The notes under the pieces: generated by a model | Database searches by the model: none | What the model was told of the DNA's origin: nothing | The model's input: the letters and a program-made list of their open reading frames with translations, nothing else | Origin: Schizosaccharomyces osmophilus | Taxonomy: Eukaryota | Length of the DNA stretch: 64,000 nt | Reading direction: 5' to 3' | Assembly: GCF_027921745.1 (NCBI RefSeq) | Contig: NC_079238.1 | Location: forward strand, 5,394,001-5,458,000 | Shown here: positions 48,070 through 58,699 of the stretch, piece by piece | Layout of the letters: each line of letters begins with the position of its first letter | How positions within the stretch are numbered: position 1 is the stretch's first letter | Translations under genes and position numbers: made by a program

Positions 48070-49731
48070 ATGGACAGTTCACAAAATCTTGCACAACAGA
48101 AGAGTTCTAAAAGCTCAAGGATAAAGTCGTGCAATAACTGCAGGAAAAAAAAGCTTAAGTGCGATAAAAAGCTTCCTTGTTCAAGATGTGTTAGAAAAAA
48201 GGAAGATGCAACATGCAATTACGAATCATATATTGCAGAGGCACGATCTTTACGCAACACGAAATCCCCAACGGAAGAAGTAAGTTACTCTGGTGAGAAT
48301 AGCATAGAGGAAAGTTTGGTTAGTGCAAACAGGCAACGAAGCGGACGCTTATCATATTCTGGGTTATCTACCTTGATGGATCAATTTATGAAAGAAAATA
48401 TTCACTCTAATCATTCGTTTGAGTTCCTGTTTAGACCATTACGTCTTCCAGAAGATATCAAAGACTTTTGCAAACATGTTCCACCGTTTGAATTGTGTCT
48501 AGTAGGTTGTGATGTCTTTTATGGGACTTTAGCGAATCTGATTGATGTTATATCTAGAAGCAAGATAGAAGCAGCCTTACAACGGTTTTTTCAAGAAGTC
48601 TTTGAAGTGAAAGATTTAATCTTGCTTTTTTCCACACTTTCAGTGGTATTCAAGCAAAGTGGATTGCCGGTGATGATTTTGAGTTATTGTGAGAGTGTAC
48701 ATCTTACCCCAAAACAATTAGCAGAAGAATATAATCAAAAAACTGAAGAGCTTATTTCGTTGAATGGTTTATTTCATAACCCGAAATCCATCGAAACATT
48801 GCAGCACCTTGTTTTCCACGCAGCATTGGAATTTACGGATCCTAGACCTGACAGTATTTCCAATTTAACTAGGGCTATACAATTTCTAAACCTCATTAAT
48901 GTACGGGGGTTTATCAGTGAAACAAGTAATGAGGAAGTTTGGAAATTGACATTGGCTATAAAAAAGTTGGACTCATTGATCTGTATTTTCTTTCACGGTT
49001 CTCCCTTTTTGCAGCATGACATCGCTGAAGTACAATTGTTTCGACTCAATGACGGTTTTACAGAAACTGTTTACCAAAGATTGCTTAGCGAACTCTGTAT
49101 TGAGGGTTTGAAATTATATAAAAGTACCACTTGTTTACCAGTTGAGGATTACCTTTCGAATATCAATGGGACTGAGGTGAAGTTATCTTTATTATCAATG
49201 GAAATTGACTTGAAGACTTATTCTCCACTGAATTCAATATCAAAGTTCCAATCTTTTTTTCTTAAATCTGTATTATGGACAATTAAAGCGATACTATACT
49301 TGCCGGTTATAAGTCTGGATAATCAAAGTGTAAAGGAAATGATAGTATTGAAAGAAAAATTAGCAGAATCAGTTATCTATAGCTTTCGGCTGATTGTGGA
49401 TTCGATCAAGGAAATAACCCAAGTTGGTTTGCAACATTTCTACTTCTTTGAGGCAGTGAAGAGAGTGTTAACACTTGCAGTTTGCCGAAACGAAAATCAT
49501 TCTTACAAATTTGAGTTGTTTGATTCGTTGGATGTGATGAAAGGGCTAGCTCCAAAGCTAGATCTGAGCTTCTCTATAACAATAATCGACGAGTTGATGG
49601 TTTTTTTAAACTTTGTTTACCAAAAAGATTCTAATCAAGATGGCGATCATGAAGGAACGATTGATACTGAAATCAGTAATTTTTGTGAATTCCTCATGTC
49701 GAATTATTACGATAATCCGCTTTTATTGTAA
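48070..49731 (+). CDS. Zn(II)2Cys6 fungal transcription factor
   Basis: SCNNCRKKKLKCDKKLPCSRCVRKKEDATC binuclear cluster followed by a helical middle region. Confidence 0.9.
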   Translation: MDSSQNLAQQKSSKSSRIKSCNNCRKKKLKCDKKLPCSRCVRKKEDATCNYESYIAEARSLRNTKSPTEEVSYSGENSIEESLVSANRQRSGRLSYSGLSTLMDQFMKENIHSNHSFEFLFRPLRLPEDIKDFCKHVPPFELCLVGCDVFYGTLANLIDVISRSKIEAALQRFFQEVFEVKDLILLFSTLSVVFKQSGLPVMILSYCESVHLTPKQLAEEYNQKTEELISLNGLFHNPKSIETLQHLVFHAALEFTDPRPDSISNLTRAIQFLNLINVRGFISETSNEEVWKLTLAIKKLDSLICIFFHGSPFLQHDIAEVQLFRLNDGFTETVYQRLLSELCIEGLKLYKSTTCLPVEDYLSNINGTEVKLSLLSMEIDLKTYSPLNSISKFQSFFLKSVLWTIKAILYLPVISLDNQSVKEMIVLKEKLAESVIYSFRLIVDSIKEITQVGLQHFYFFEAVKRVLTLAVCRNENHSYKFELFDSLDVMKGLAPKLDLSFSITIIDELMVFLNFVYQKDSNQDGDHEGTIDTEISNFCEFLMSNYYDNPLLL

Positions 49732-50034
49732 AAGCTATTTGCCAGTTATTTATTGTGATTTTCAGTAACTTTATATAGGAAAGTTATAGTTTAAGGTTTA
49801 AAATTAGGATCATAGCGCTATTTTCTTATTGTAATTTACACTAGATTTTTTGACTCGTTTATAATTTTTGATACTTTTTAACTTTTTGAGAAGGGACATG
49901 CTTCAATTCCCCTCTCTTCTTAAATAATAAGAGTTAATGCGAAGATGAGAGCTTCACTGTAAAATTAAAAGAAACTGTTTGTTACCAAGTCTTAACAACG
50001 GGTAATGGAAAATGATGACCAGTTTAATCAGTAT

Positions 50035-50157
50035 ACCTAAACCAGGCATCTTAGCCGGTTGCTCAAAGTATTTTAATTCCTCCATGCGAGACGAGACATT
50101 CCTGTTCACTTTATTCACTTACCTGAAACGTTTGTTTACAATAGAATATTATTCCAT
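50035..50157 (-). pseudogene. psf3: Possible 5' remnant of GINS subunit psf3
   Basis: ATG GAA TAA TAT TCT ATT (ME*YSI, compare Psf3 MDYYDI), a CAG|GTAAGT donor, then CCT GGT TTA G|GT (PGLG). Short match, supported mainly by its position beside the next two fossils. Confidence 0.45.
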
Positions 50158-50439
50158 TTTAAAACCACAGATCGTACCTGTTGAGTTTATATAACTATCC
50201 TTTTTCTTAACAACTTCTATTAGTTAAAACCTTTCAATTTTCTAGGTAATAGCATCCACCGTTTTACCACATTCGTTTTCCTCTAAAAACATGCAACATG
50301 CGACGCCAAGATTGGCTGTAGATTTCGGAAAGAAGCGAATTACAGCAAGATTCAATTTGACCGTGCTTTTAAATTCTCACCGAAACATAGCTCCAATACG
50401 CAGCGCAATATTGAAAAAGAACCAATTATTCCATTGGTT

Positions 50440-50711
50440 GCTCCTTCATGTTCTTATTATTAATTTCATCCATTGATCTACTTGACGCTGTTTCAGTATT
50501 CCTGTTTCTTCCCCTAAATTTTTTGAATTTTGTAGACACAAACACAAGTTAACGTTTGTAAATGTTCTTTCTACAGTTACTTAACTCTCCATACCGGTAA
50601 TAATGTCGAATTTGCAAGGTAATCGTCAGACACAATGTTTTTGATCGGACTAGTACTGCGGACTGCATGGTTCTTTTTGGTATTTCATGCACACAGCTTC
50701 CTCCATTCCAT
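50440..50711 (-). pseudogene. DUF3128/Emi1-family pseudogene (SPAC227.17c-like)
   Basis: Fragments across frames: MEWRKL.*, EPCSPQY*SDQ, LCLTITLQIRHYYRYGELSNC (family motif at 50585-50614) and ILKQRQVDQW; stops and frameshifts. Confidence 0.75.
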
Positions 50712-50946
50712 AGAACCAAAGCGTTTAAAAAAAATGTTTTGGAGCATGTATACCATCCTCAGTGATGTAAAGAACGGCTGAAAGGTAAACATGGTATCTT
50801 GAAGAAAGACTTGTATAACAGGTAAGTTTTTTATCTAATAGAAGATCTTGATTACTTGCTGGACGGTAATTGTAAAAAACTGCTTCCTCTCGTTTTTCGG
50901 AACATAAGTCAACAGTGCAAGGAACTTTTTCTACAGCATGATAGGA

Positions 50947-51916
50947 ATGTTTGGCACTCATATTTGGTTGCGCGCCAAAAGTAAGCCTTTGGAGGAACGT
51001 AGCGCTTTGGCCCTACGACTGCGAAGGATTTAGCGAATGCTGGCTTCCGTGTTACCATTAAGCACTCCTGCCAGCATGCATTCAAGGATCCTGGAAAAAT
51101 ACACACCGTTATGCTTGTATATACGGTTCTTTCTGAAAACGACGACAGTCCTCTCAATCATATGATATCCCAGTTCGCTCGTTGTTATAAAAGCCAAAAA
51201 GGTTGGCAGGAAGTTTCGTCGCGTTTTCTTCGGGCAACGGTCTTCTTTATGGCTGGACTCTTTTAAGACGCTGATGGCCGTCGTGTTGCTGCTATTGGTT
51301 TCCATGCAGGCTTTGCTGGATATGCTATATCTTGTTTGGTCTAGGCTCATCAAATCTTGCATCCCAAGAAGTCTTTTGGTTCCGTCCGTTTCCCAAATAG
51401 ATGACTCTTGTGCGTTACGATGCTCATCAAGTTCGTCTTGCTCTCCGTAAGAATACCAACCAGTATTCTTGCATCCTGGTCAACGGCGCTCGCGGACGAT
51501 GCGGTAGCGACTTTAATAATATCCTTCGTTGGGATATCAACGAGACTAAGAAGGGTGGTCCCTTCCGTGAAATTACTGAATCTGACTATTTGGAAACTGC
51601 ATCTATTTCAATGCTTAATTCCAAAGTTTTGCCCCGTTGATTCTCTTAACGTCTCTCGCCGCAAGTTGCGCGTAGTATACGATGTTAGCTGCGATATTAC
51701 CACTTCGAGCAATCCCATCCCGACCTACAATGCGAACACTACATTCGACCACCCAATTGTTCCAGTTGACGAAATCAAGGCACCCTTTTTTTAGAAGTAA
51801 TCTCCATTGATCAATCTCCTACTTTGCTTCCTAGAGAACCTTCGGAAGTTTTTACCAAGGCTCTCCTTCCCAGCTGTTTTTGCTTTAAAGCAAATCACGC
51901 TCTGGTCTGGCTGAGA
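50947..51916 (+). pseudogene. lys3: Saccharopine dehydrogenase (NAD+, L-lysine-forming) pseudogene
   Basis: MFGTHIWLRAKSKPLEERSAL, then frameshifted pieces ILVNGARGRCG, NILRWDINETKKGGPF, LRVVYDVSCD...NPIP, ISIDQSPTLLPRE and VWLR; several frameshifts and internal deletions. Confidence 0.93.
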
Positions 51917-52012
51917 TTTTATAACAAATTTCCCTCATACTTTTTCCCTTCGATTTTTTTATCTGTAGTCCGACTAAGAACTTGTGATAAAAAGAATACA
52001 TCGGAGATTTCA

Positions 52013-52032
52013 AGCGAAGTCCGAAGTCCGAA
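52013..52032 (+). promoter_or_regulatory. CCG-repeat motif upstream of RTA1 copy 1
   Basis: AGCGAAGTCCGAAGTCCGAA, 19/20 identical to 54295-54314. Confidence 0.55.
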
Positions 52033-52195
52033 ACACGCAAACAGTAAATATAAGCCATAATTGAACGCTTTAAAGGCATACAATTTTCAAAATATACAGT
52101 CTATTTACTTCAAACCTTTCTACTAGGTTCTCATGCTTTTGTAAAGCATATTTTGTTTGCTGACAATTTGAGATCGCGTCTTGAAATATCGAGTA

Positions 52196-53071
52196 ATGGT
52201 TTTAGAACAAGATGTTTTTGGTTACATACCTAATAATAGACTAGCAGGAATAGCCATAGCTTTGTTCATCATTGCTTTTCTTCTGCAAATAGGAATGTTA
52301 ATAAAGAAGCGAAAAAACATTGTTTGGGTGCCTTTAGTGGGAACATTTGGAGAACTTGCAGGTTGGATATGCAGAGCTTATGCTCATTCTCATTTTGAGG
52401 GCTATTCCGCCTATATTGGACAATCCATTGCTTTGCTGATATCTCCAATCCTTTATTCAGCTGTATTGTATGTCTTGCTTTATCAATGGGCACTCATATA
52501 TGGTGCCCAATTTTCCCTCCTTCCACCGAAGCTGTATGTTGCTGTATTTGTTACTGCAGATGTTATAGCTTTTCTTATACAATGTTCTGGTGGAGGATTA
52601 TCCAGTAGCAAGTCTTCTCAGAACCTGGGGTTCGATATAGCACTCGGGGGTATCATTTTCCAGTTGTTGTCTACTATCCTATATGTTGTATTACTGGCAA
52701 TCTTTGTATATGGTGTAATTAAAAATAGGCCAATGCGCAGGACAACTACTTCTTCGCCGGGCTCACCAAGGACGAAAACAAATGATTTGGCATTTTTGTT
52801 TTTGATATTATCAACCATTGCAACTTTGGTCCGCATTGTTTATCGTGTCATCGAGTTTGCAAGCGGTCGTCAAAGCAAAGTTGCCACTACTGAGCTGTGG
52901 TTTGCTCTGTTTGACTTTGTACCAATGATTATTACTGCATGTTTTCTTATTCCTGCACTTTATCCTTGCTTATACGAGCAAGACTACATAAACTTTCATC
53001 CAAATTTTCTTCCGCCCAACATGTCTCAATCATCTGAAATGGACGAAGTTTCTTTGAATAAAGTTGTTTAA
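52196..53071 (+). CDS. RTA1/RSB1-family 7-TM lipid-translocating exporter
   Basis: FGYIPN, GELAGWICR, LISPILYSAVLY, FVTADVIAFLIQCSGG, VRIVYRVIEF and LFDFVPM; first ATG at 52196. Confidence 0.9.
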   Translation: MVLEQDVFGYIPNNRLAGIAIALFIIAFLLQIGMLIKKRKNIVWVPLVGTFGELAGWICRAYAHSHFEGYSAYIGQSIALLISPILYSAVLYVLLYQWALIYGAQFSLLPPKLYVAVFVTADVIAFLIQCSGGGLSSSKSSQNLGFDIALGGIIFQLLSTILYVVLLAIFVYGVIKNRPMRRTTTSSPGSPRTKTNDLAFLFLILSTIATLVRIVYRVIEFASGRQSKVATTELWFALFDFVPMIITACFLIPALYPCLYEQDYINFHPNFLPPNMSQSSEMDEVSLNKVV

Positions 53072-53269
53072 CCAGATAGATGCTTTGAACTACGCCGTTC
53101 AATCTTTTAAGGATAAATGCCCACAGGTGACAAAATTTGTTTCAAATTGTGTTTATAACAAGAACGTTATAATCAATGATGTGACGAGATATTGGATAAA
53201 AAGGTAAAAGGAAAATACCGTCTAATGGAAACCAACCAAGGGTATTTTATTTATGTGTTATGTGTTATG

Positions 53270-53301
<32 letters not shown>

Positions 53302-54294
53302 CCTTATTTGCTTTACTTAACCCAAGTCGAAGAATAAATCAATGCTGCGTTGCTATACCGTGTCACAATTGCACTTAACCAAACTTTTAGATATTGCTCC
53401 TTTGAGTGTTTTATTCCTCTGTTGTTTGCATATTCTTTTTTTTTTGTTTTAATTCGGTTTAAAACATTCAATTAGCGACATTTATATGATTGTATGACTG
53501 AGTATATGGACTTGAAGGTTGAAAAAGTTATCTACTTATGCTTGATTCTACTCAGTATGGGCTCTAAGTATTTCGGGGTCCAGTGACTTGATGAACTAAA
53601 TAGACGGCAACTAGATTCAGTAATCCCAGATCAGTTGAATCTTCCAATCCAACGCCAGGTGTATATTTCTTCTAAAGTAGATTATTTTGAAAAATTTTTA
53701 TTGTTTATTATTTGAATTAGAGGGATTCTTTTGTATTATTACTTTCAATATATCGTTTGACAACTACCATCAAATTATTGTAACGAGGTCACTGACCTGC
53801 CTGTCACGTTAGTAATTCTCACGGGTTATGAGAATAAATATCCGATGGGAATAATAACTACAAAAGTAGGATTGTTTTCGTGAATTGGACTATGTTGTAC
53901 TACGAGTATAGACGCTAGTCATGTCTAGGAATCTGGTTAGCTAAATTGAAAGTAGGAAGACGATCTTATTTAGCCAAACCAGTCGAGTCTTCCAATGTGA
54001 AGAGTTCGACTGTGGATTCATAGTTTATATATCTTTTCTAGGATAGCTAACGTAATCTATCTCTTTGTTAAACAAAGTTTCTTTTTTTGAAAGACTTCTG
54101 CTCCAAAGGACTGTCCGATTTGTTAATATCGTAATTTTTTTTAATTTGTTTACCATTCGTAATATCTCATCCTTTTAGTCTTATTGTTCTCGTCAATATT
54201 AAAAATATACTTTTAAAATGATATATTATAATATATATAAAATAAAGAAGACACCTATTGTGACAGGCAGCACCCAAAGGTATCCGAATTACTG

Positions 54295-54314
54295 AGCGAA
54301 GTCCGAATTCCGAA
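54295..54314 (+). promoter_or_regulatory. CCG-repeat motif upstream of RTA1 copy 2
   Basis: AGCGAAGTCCGAATTCCGAA, followed by the shared ATAAGCCATAAT block. Confidence 0.55.
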
Positions 54315-54490
54315 CAACGGTAAAACAAGAGAAATAAGCCATAATAGAATGCTTTAAAAGACATAAAATTCATGAAAGTATGTTGCTGTCATTCTTTGGT
54401 ACATTCTGTTTACTCCTTTCCTAAGTGACAAAAACAACAGGGTAATTGTTTGCAAAAGTTGATAAATCTTGGCCAAAAAACTCATGACAA

Positions 54491-55300
54491 ATGGTAGTCA
54501 AAAGATATATGTTTGCTTACATACCCAATGCAGCACAAGGAATTAGTGCTATTTTACCGCAATGGGATGCGAAGCTAAAGTCGCGAAAGTCTGTTCTTTG
54601 GATCATGCTTTTGACTAGGATACTGAAAGAAATTGAATGCTCCATCTACAGATCCTCTCACTACTATTCAAAAGGTTATTCTTCGAATGTCGGAATATCC
54701 ATTGCACTACTTGCACCAATCTTTTGTTCAGTTGATTTATATGTTTTACTTTTTCACTGGAAATTAGTTTATGGTCCTCGGATTTTATTCCTCCAGCAGA
54801 AACTATATGTCGCTCTGTTTGTTACCGAAGATCTAATAGCCATTTATATGCACTGCTTTAATGGAAGTTCAAAAAATGCTAGTCTGTTTCGAAGTCTCGG
54901 TTCGTACGTGGCGGCCAGCAGCGTCATCTTGCAGCTTTTCTATACCCTCGCATTATACATACAGATAATTTTCGTAGTTGGTGTACTTAAATATAGACCA
55001 ACGTGTAACTTAAGTGGATATTCGCTAAGACCACCAAAAACAATCCGAGATGACTCGACCTTATTATTTACAATCTTGTTAACAAGTGCCGTTTTGGTCC
55101 GCACTGTTTATCGTACCTTCGAGTATGCAAACGGTCGTCATAGCCAAACTGCCACTCCTGAACTGTGCTTTGCTCTGTTTGACTTTGTTCCGGTAGTTTT
55201 TTCTACTTTCAAAAAAATTCCTGCAAACTATCCTCGTCTGTGCATGCAAGAAGCTGTTAGCTATCTTTTGAAATTAACCGCTATAATGTTATATTTTTAG
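54491..55300 (+). CDS. Divergent second RTA1 paralogue; ORF open but degenerate, possibly a pseudogene
   Basis: Colinear with copy 1 (FAYIPN, KLYVALFVT, LVRTVYRTFE, FALFDFVP), but TM1 is largely deleted and the ELAGW and QCSGG motifs are lost. Confidence 0.6.
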   Translation: MVVKRYMFAYIPNAAQGISAILPQWDAKLKSRKSVLWIMLLTRILKEIECSIYRSSHYYSKGYSSNVGISIALLAPIFCSVDLYVLLFHWKLVYGPRILFLQQKLYVALFVTEDLIAIYMHCFNGSSKNASLFRSLGSYVAASSVILQLFYTLALYIQIIFVVGVLKYRPTCNLSGYSLRPPKTIRDDSTLLFTILLTSAVLVRTVYRTFEYANGRHSQTATPELCFALFDFVPVVFSTFKKIPANYPRLCMQEAVSYLLKLTAIMLYF

Positions 55301-56446
55301 CAACATTATACCTAGTTGGTACAGTATATAATCGTCCTTTGGAACGTTGAGTTTTGTTTAAGTTATTTTGTTGCATTCAGGTTCGAAAAGATACCAAATA
55401 AAGGAAAAAGAATATAAAAATGGCATTACGGAAAGCATAATTATTTTTCCTATACTCTTTGATACTATTTTACAGAAAATAAATTATGATTTAACGAGAT
55501 ATTTCAAAAGCTTCAGAAGCCTCAGAGTTCTGAATAATTAGTATTAACATTGTGTGGATGGTTTACTACTTGATGCATCGGTGTAAACAACTCCGTTGTG
55601 TAATAGGCGACATTTGAATCGATCACTGCAATTCATAGGCTCTATCATAAAATAAAAAACTTTACGACCTCGTTGTTTGTAAATCTTACTCAAACCCTTG
55701 CTATGTAATAGCTCTTACCTTCACAAGTTTAATTCCATGTGTGTCTGTCTACATTGAGTTTAAAGGAGAGATACTTACATGAATAGAATTGCGTCCGCTT
55801 TTGTAAACCAAAAAAAAAACCAAATAATTTCACTGACAACGCTGTTCTTCACACGAAATATGTCATTTATCATAAACATTTTCGCTGCCCATTAGGTGAG
55901 GGCATTGATTTCTTCCTTTTATGATTGTAAATTTTCATTCATTTTATTTGCTTAGCAGTAATGCCGCTTCGATCAACAACCATCATGGCGTTCTAAATAT
56001 CATTTTCTGAATTCTTTGCTTTTCCATTGTTGACGCTTTCGAATGTCACAACCCTAACCTAAAGAAGGTCGAACAACTATAAAAAAGGAATTTTTGAATA
56101 GCAATTCTTTACAGTCAATCGCTTCATTCTTTGGTGAACAATTTCGTCTAGTCCTTGGCATGACTAGAAGTATGCGTTGAAGCGTAGAAGAAATTAAGAC
56201 GAAGTGGGCATCCGTTTCGGATTCATCCATGATGATTGGAAATCATTTTGTCTACATCTTTTCAGCATAGTCCATCCATCATATTATATATATATTTTTC
56301 AGATAAATTTAATCAAATCGGTTTATAATCAAATGATGTACTTTAAATTTATACACAATGAAGTATGAATTAAGCTGTAAGAAGTAGGAAACGAAAAAAG
56401 AGCTGTTGTACATGTAAAAGAATCCTCGGGCATAATACCAGTTGCT

Positions 56447-56707
56447 CTAAAGCCCTTCATAGCGCTGTTCAAACTTGGACCTGCGGGTTTCTTGACCACT
56501 GATTGAGGACAATGCATACGAGTCTGGGTTGTTTAGAGGCATGTTTGTAATGTCCTTAATTGATACCATATAAGGACGAGGTAAGGTTGTGTTAATCGTG
56601 TACGATGCTCCATTCGCCAAGACAATTCGTTGTCTAAATACTTGTGCGGTTTTTGGCCTTGGGGTCAAACCCATTTTAGAGCTTAAAGAAACAATTGATG
56701 GCCTCAT
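56447..56707 (-). CDS. tam9: Small mitochondrial ribosomal protein bL31m
   Basis: VFRQRIVLANGASYTINTT...KDITN.P.N...RRSKFEQRY matches the L31 pattern; syntenic next to rpl401. Confidence 0.75.
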   Translation of the reverse strand: MRPSIVSLSSKMGLTPRPKTAQVFRQRIVLANGASYTINTTLPRPYMVSIKDITNMPLNNPDSYALSSISGQETRRSKFEQRYEGL

Positions 56708-57065
56708 ATTAAATAAAAAAAAGGGTCAAGATCCTTAAGGATAAAATGAGTATACTGCCTTTATAGAAGAGTGGAGTTGGAGAGAAGAATATTGCTTGAT
56801 ATTTGTTGTATACAGTGTTTTAGCGTGAGCCTCGGTAGTAAACAGTAACAAGATTTCACGCTTATACAAATTTATTTATTTTTTTACGTTTACATTCTAA
56901 TTTTATTTGAGTTGCTCGCTTCTTGCTTTCTAACTCATGACTGTGATTTGTATCATACTACAAAAGGCTTGAATTCCAGTAGATATCCTGAAAATGCAAA
57001 ACTATCCTACTTTACTTGATTTGAAATAAGACCCAAACAAAAAAAAATTAATATTGACCTATTAT

Positions 57066-58157
57066 CTAGTTCTCATGTAAAACATTCAAGAACTTCTCAC
57101 CAGCAGATTTGGTGGTCTTACCGCTGTCAATCTTGACATTGTGCTTGTAGGCCTTGGCGTAAGGGTTAAGGCGGAGCATAACGTTCTTGTTCTTAAGAGG
57201 GTTCTTCTTTTGAACGTTAGTACGCTTAACAACAGCGGGACCGGCAGGCTTAACAATGCTTTGGATTTCATCAGAGTTGATGAGACGGGTAACATCAGCG
57301 TTAGAGATAACGTTTTGAGGGAGGACATAGTCCTTTTTGAATTGAGAAACTTCAGTGAAGCTACCGAAGACGTTGTCAAGGAGGTCGAAAGCAGACTTGG
57401 TCCAGATGACGAAGCGACCCAAGTGACCACCAGGGGCAAGTTGAAGCAAGTTCAAACGACGAACGTTGACAAGCTCAACACCGGGAACGTTACGGAAAGC
57501 CTTAACGATACCAGCATCCTCGTTGAAAACAACAAGAGGACCACGACGTTGAACGTAACGACGGTTACGAAGCTTACCCTTACCAGCACGGAGCTTGCGA
57601 GAGTTGGTAACCTTGGCAACATCACGGAAGGCCTTGAGTTTCTTCAACAAAGCAACGGCCTCCTTGGTCTTTTGGATAGTTTGGATAGAGTCTTCGATAA
57701 CCAAAGGAACTTCAGCAATTTCCTCAACACGGTGACCACGGGCCAAAAGGAGAGAAGGAACACCAGAGGCAGCAACAGCGGAGGCAATAGCATAACGCTT
57801 TTCGTTTTGGTTGACCTTAACATGCCACTTACGCCAAGTCTTGGTAGGGGCGAACATGCGACCGCTACGGCACATGTTACCAAAAGCAGCTTGACCGGCA
57901 CGGTGAGTACCACCACCACCGACACGGGGAATACGAGCAAGAGCACGACCAGTACCCCAAGATTCAGCAGAGGTTTGGTGACCAGCCTTCTCGGAGACGG
58001 CGTATGGTTGACGCTTGTTCTTGGCGACAGCAGTGTGAACAGAGCGAACCAAATCGGGACGAATAGGAGCCTTGAAGACAAAAGGCAAGGCGATAGTCTC
58101 AGAAGAGACAGCACCGTCCTTGTTGTAAACACTAACAGTAGGGCGAGCAGCAGCCAT
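57066..58157 (-). CDS. rpl401: 60S ribosomal protein L4 (uL4)
   Basis: [32 protein letters not shown] and [10 protein letters not shown]; strong codon bias. Confidence 0.97.
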   Translation of the reverse strand: MAAARPTVSVYNKDGAVSSETIALPFVFKAPIRPDLVRSVHTAVAKNKRQPYAVSEKAGHQTSAESWGTGRALARIPRVGGGGTHRAGQAAFGNMCRSGRMFAPTKTWRKWHVKVNQNEKRYAIASAVAASGVPSLLLARGHRVEEIAEVPLVIEDSIQTIQKTKEAVALLKKLKAFRDVAKVTNSRKLRAGKGKLRNRRYVQRRGPLVVFNEDAGIVKAFRNVPGVELVNVRRLNLLQLAPGGHLGRFVIWTKSAFDLLDNVFGSFTEVSQFKKDYVLPQNVISNADVTRLINSDEIQSIVKPAGPAVVKRTNVQKKNPLKNKNVMLRLNPYAKAYKHNVKIDSGKTTKSAGEKFLNVLHEN

Positions 58158-58223
58158 TGTTCAGTTGTTAGATTTGCGGAAAGCTACTACAACTTAGGAG
58201 TCAATATTCTGGGTCATACAAAA

Positions 58224-58254
58224 CAGTCACGTTTTCTAACACCCAGGGTAGGGT
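58224..58254 (-). promoter_or_regulatory. Homol D (CAGTCACG, 58224-58231) and Homol E (AGGGTAGGGT, 58245-58254) ribosomal-protein promoter
   Basis: Both fission-yeast RP promoter boxes match exactly, with Homol E upstream of Homol D, 67-97 bp before the rpl4 ATG. Confidence 0.9.
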
Positions 58255-58699
58255 ATCATATAATTAACCTCGTTAGGAAAATATTAAAGCCTTCGTTTAT
58301 AATGATCAAAAAATAAAAGCACGATTGGTTTTCCAGCAGCGTCTGGAAATGTTTAAAAGGGTAAGCAAAGTAAATAACATTGATTGTCTAAACTAATTTT
58401 CTTATTTTCTACCGAGGATGAATTTTTTTCACGAGCGCTACTGCCAGACTAAAATCGCAATGCTTATGATTTTCTTATTTACACGGCAGCAAGATAAACA
58501 TCAAACGACCAAAGGGAGTTTTTCATACTTTGTATTAGAGTGTCCGGATACTGCTCCATTGATGCGTACTAAGTCTTGTCTTACCTTGTGCTTCCTATAA
58601 ATAATTTGACATATAGCGACGCACACCTATCCATTTTAAACCCGTCTAAACCAAAAAGAAAGAGAAGGAGTGAGAGAGGCAGAGGCCGAGAAGAAGAAT

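Noticed and set aside
30240..53301. Long poly(dA:dT) tracts near 30240, 42723 and 53278 as replication origins or retro-insertion tails
   Set aside because: Common in fission-yeast intergenic DNA, with no target duplications; homopolymer lengths are assembly-sensitive.
57141..58316. 391-aa antisense ORF over rpl4 (similar ones over adh8, aga1 and the aminotransferase)
   Set aside because: Strong codon bias in the sense gene removes antisense stops; no domain recognisable.
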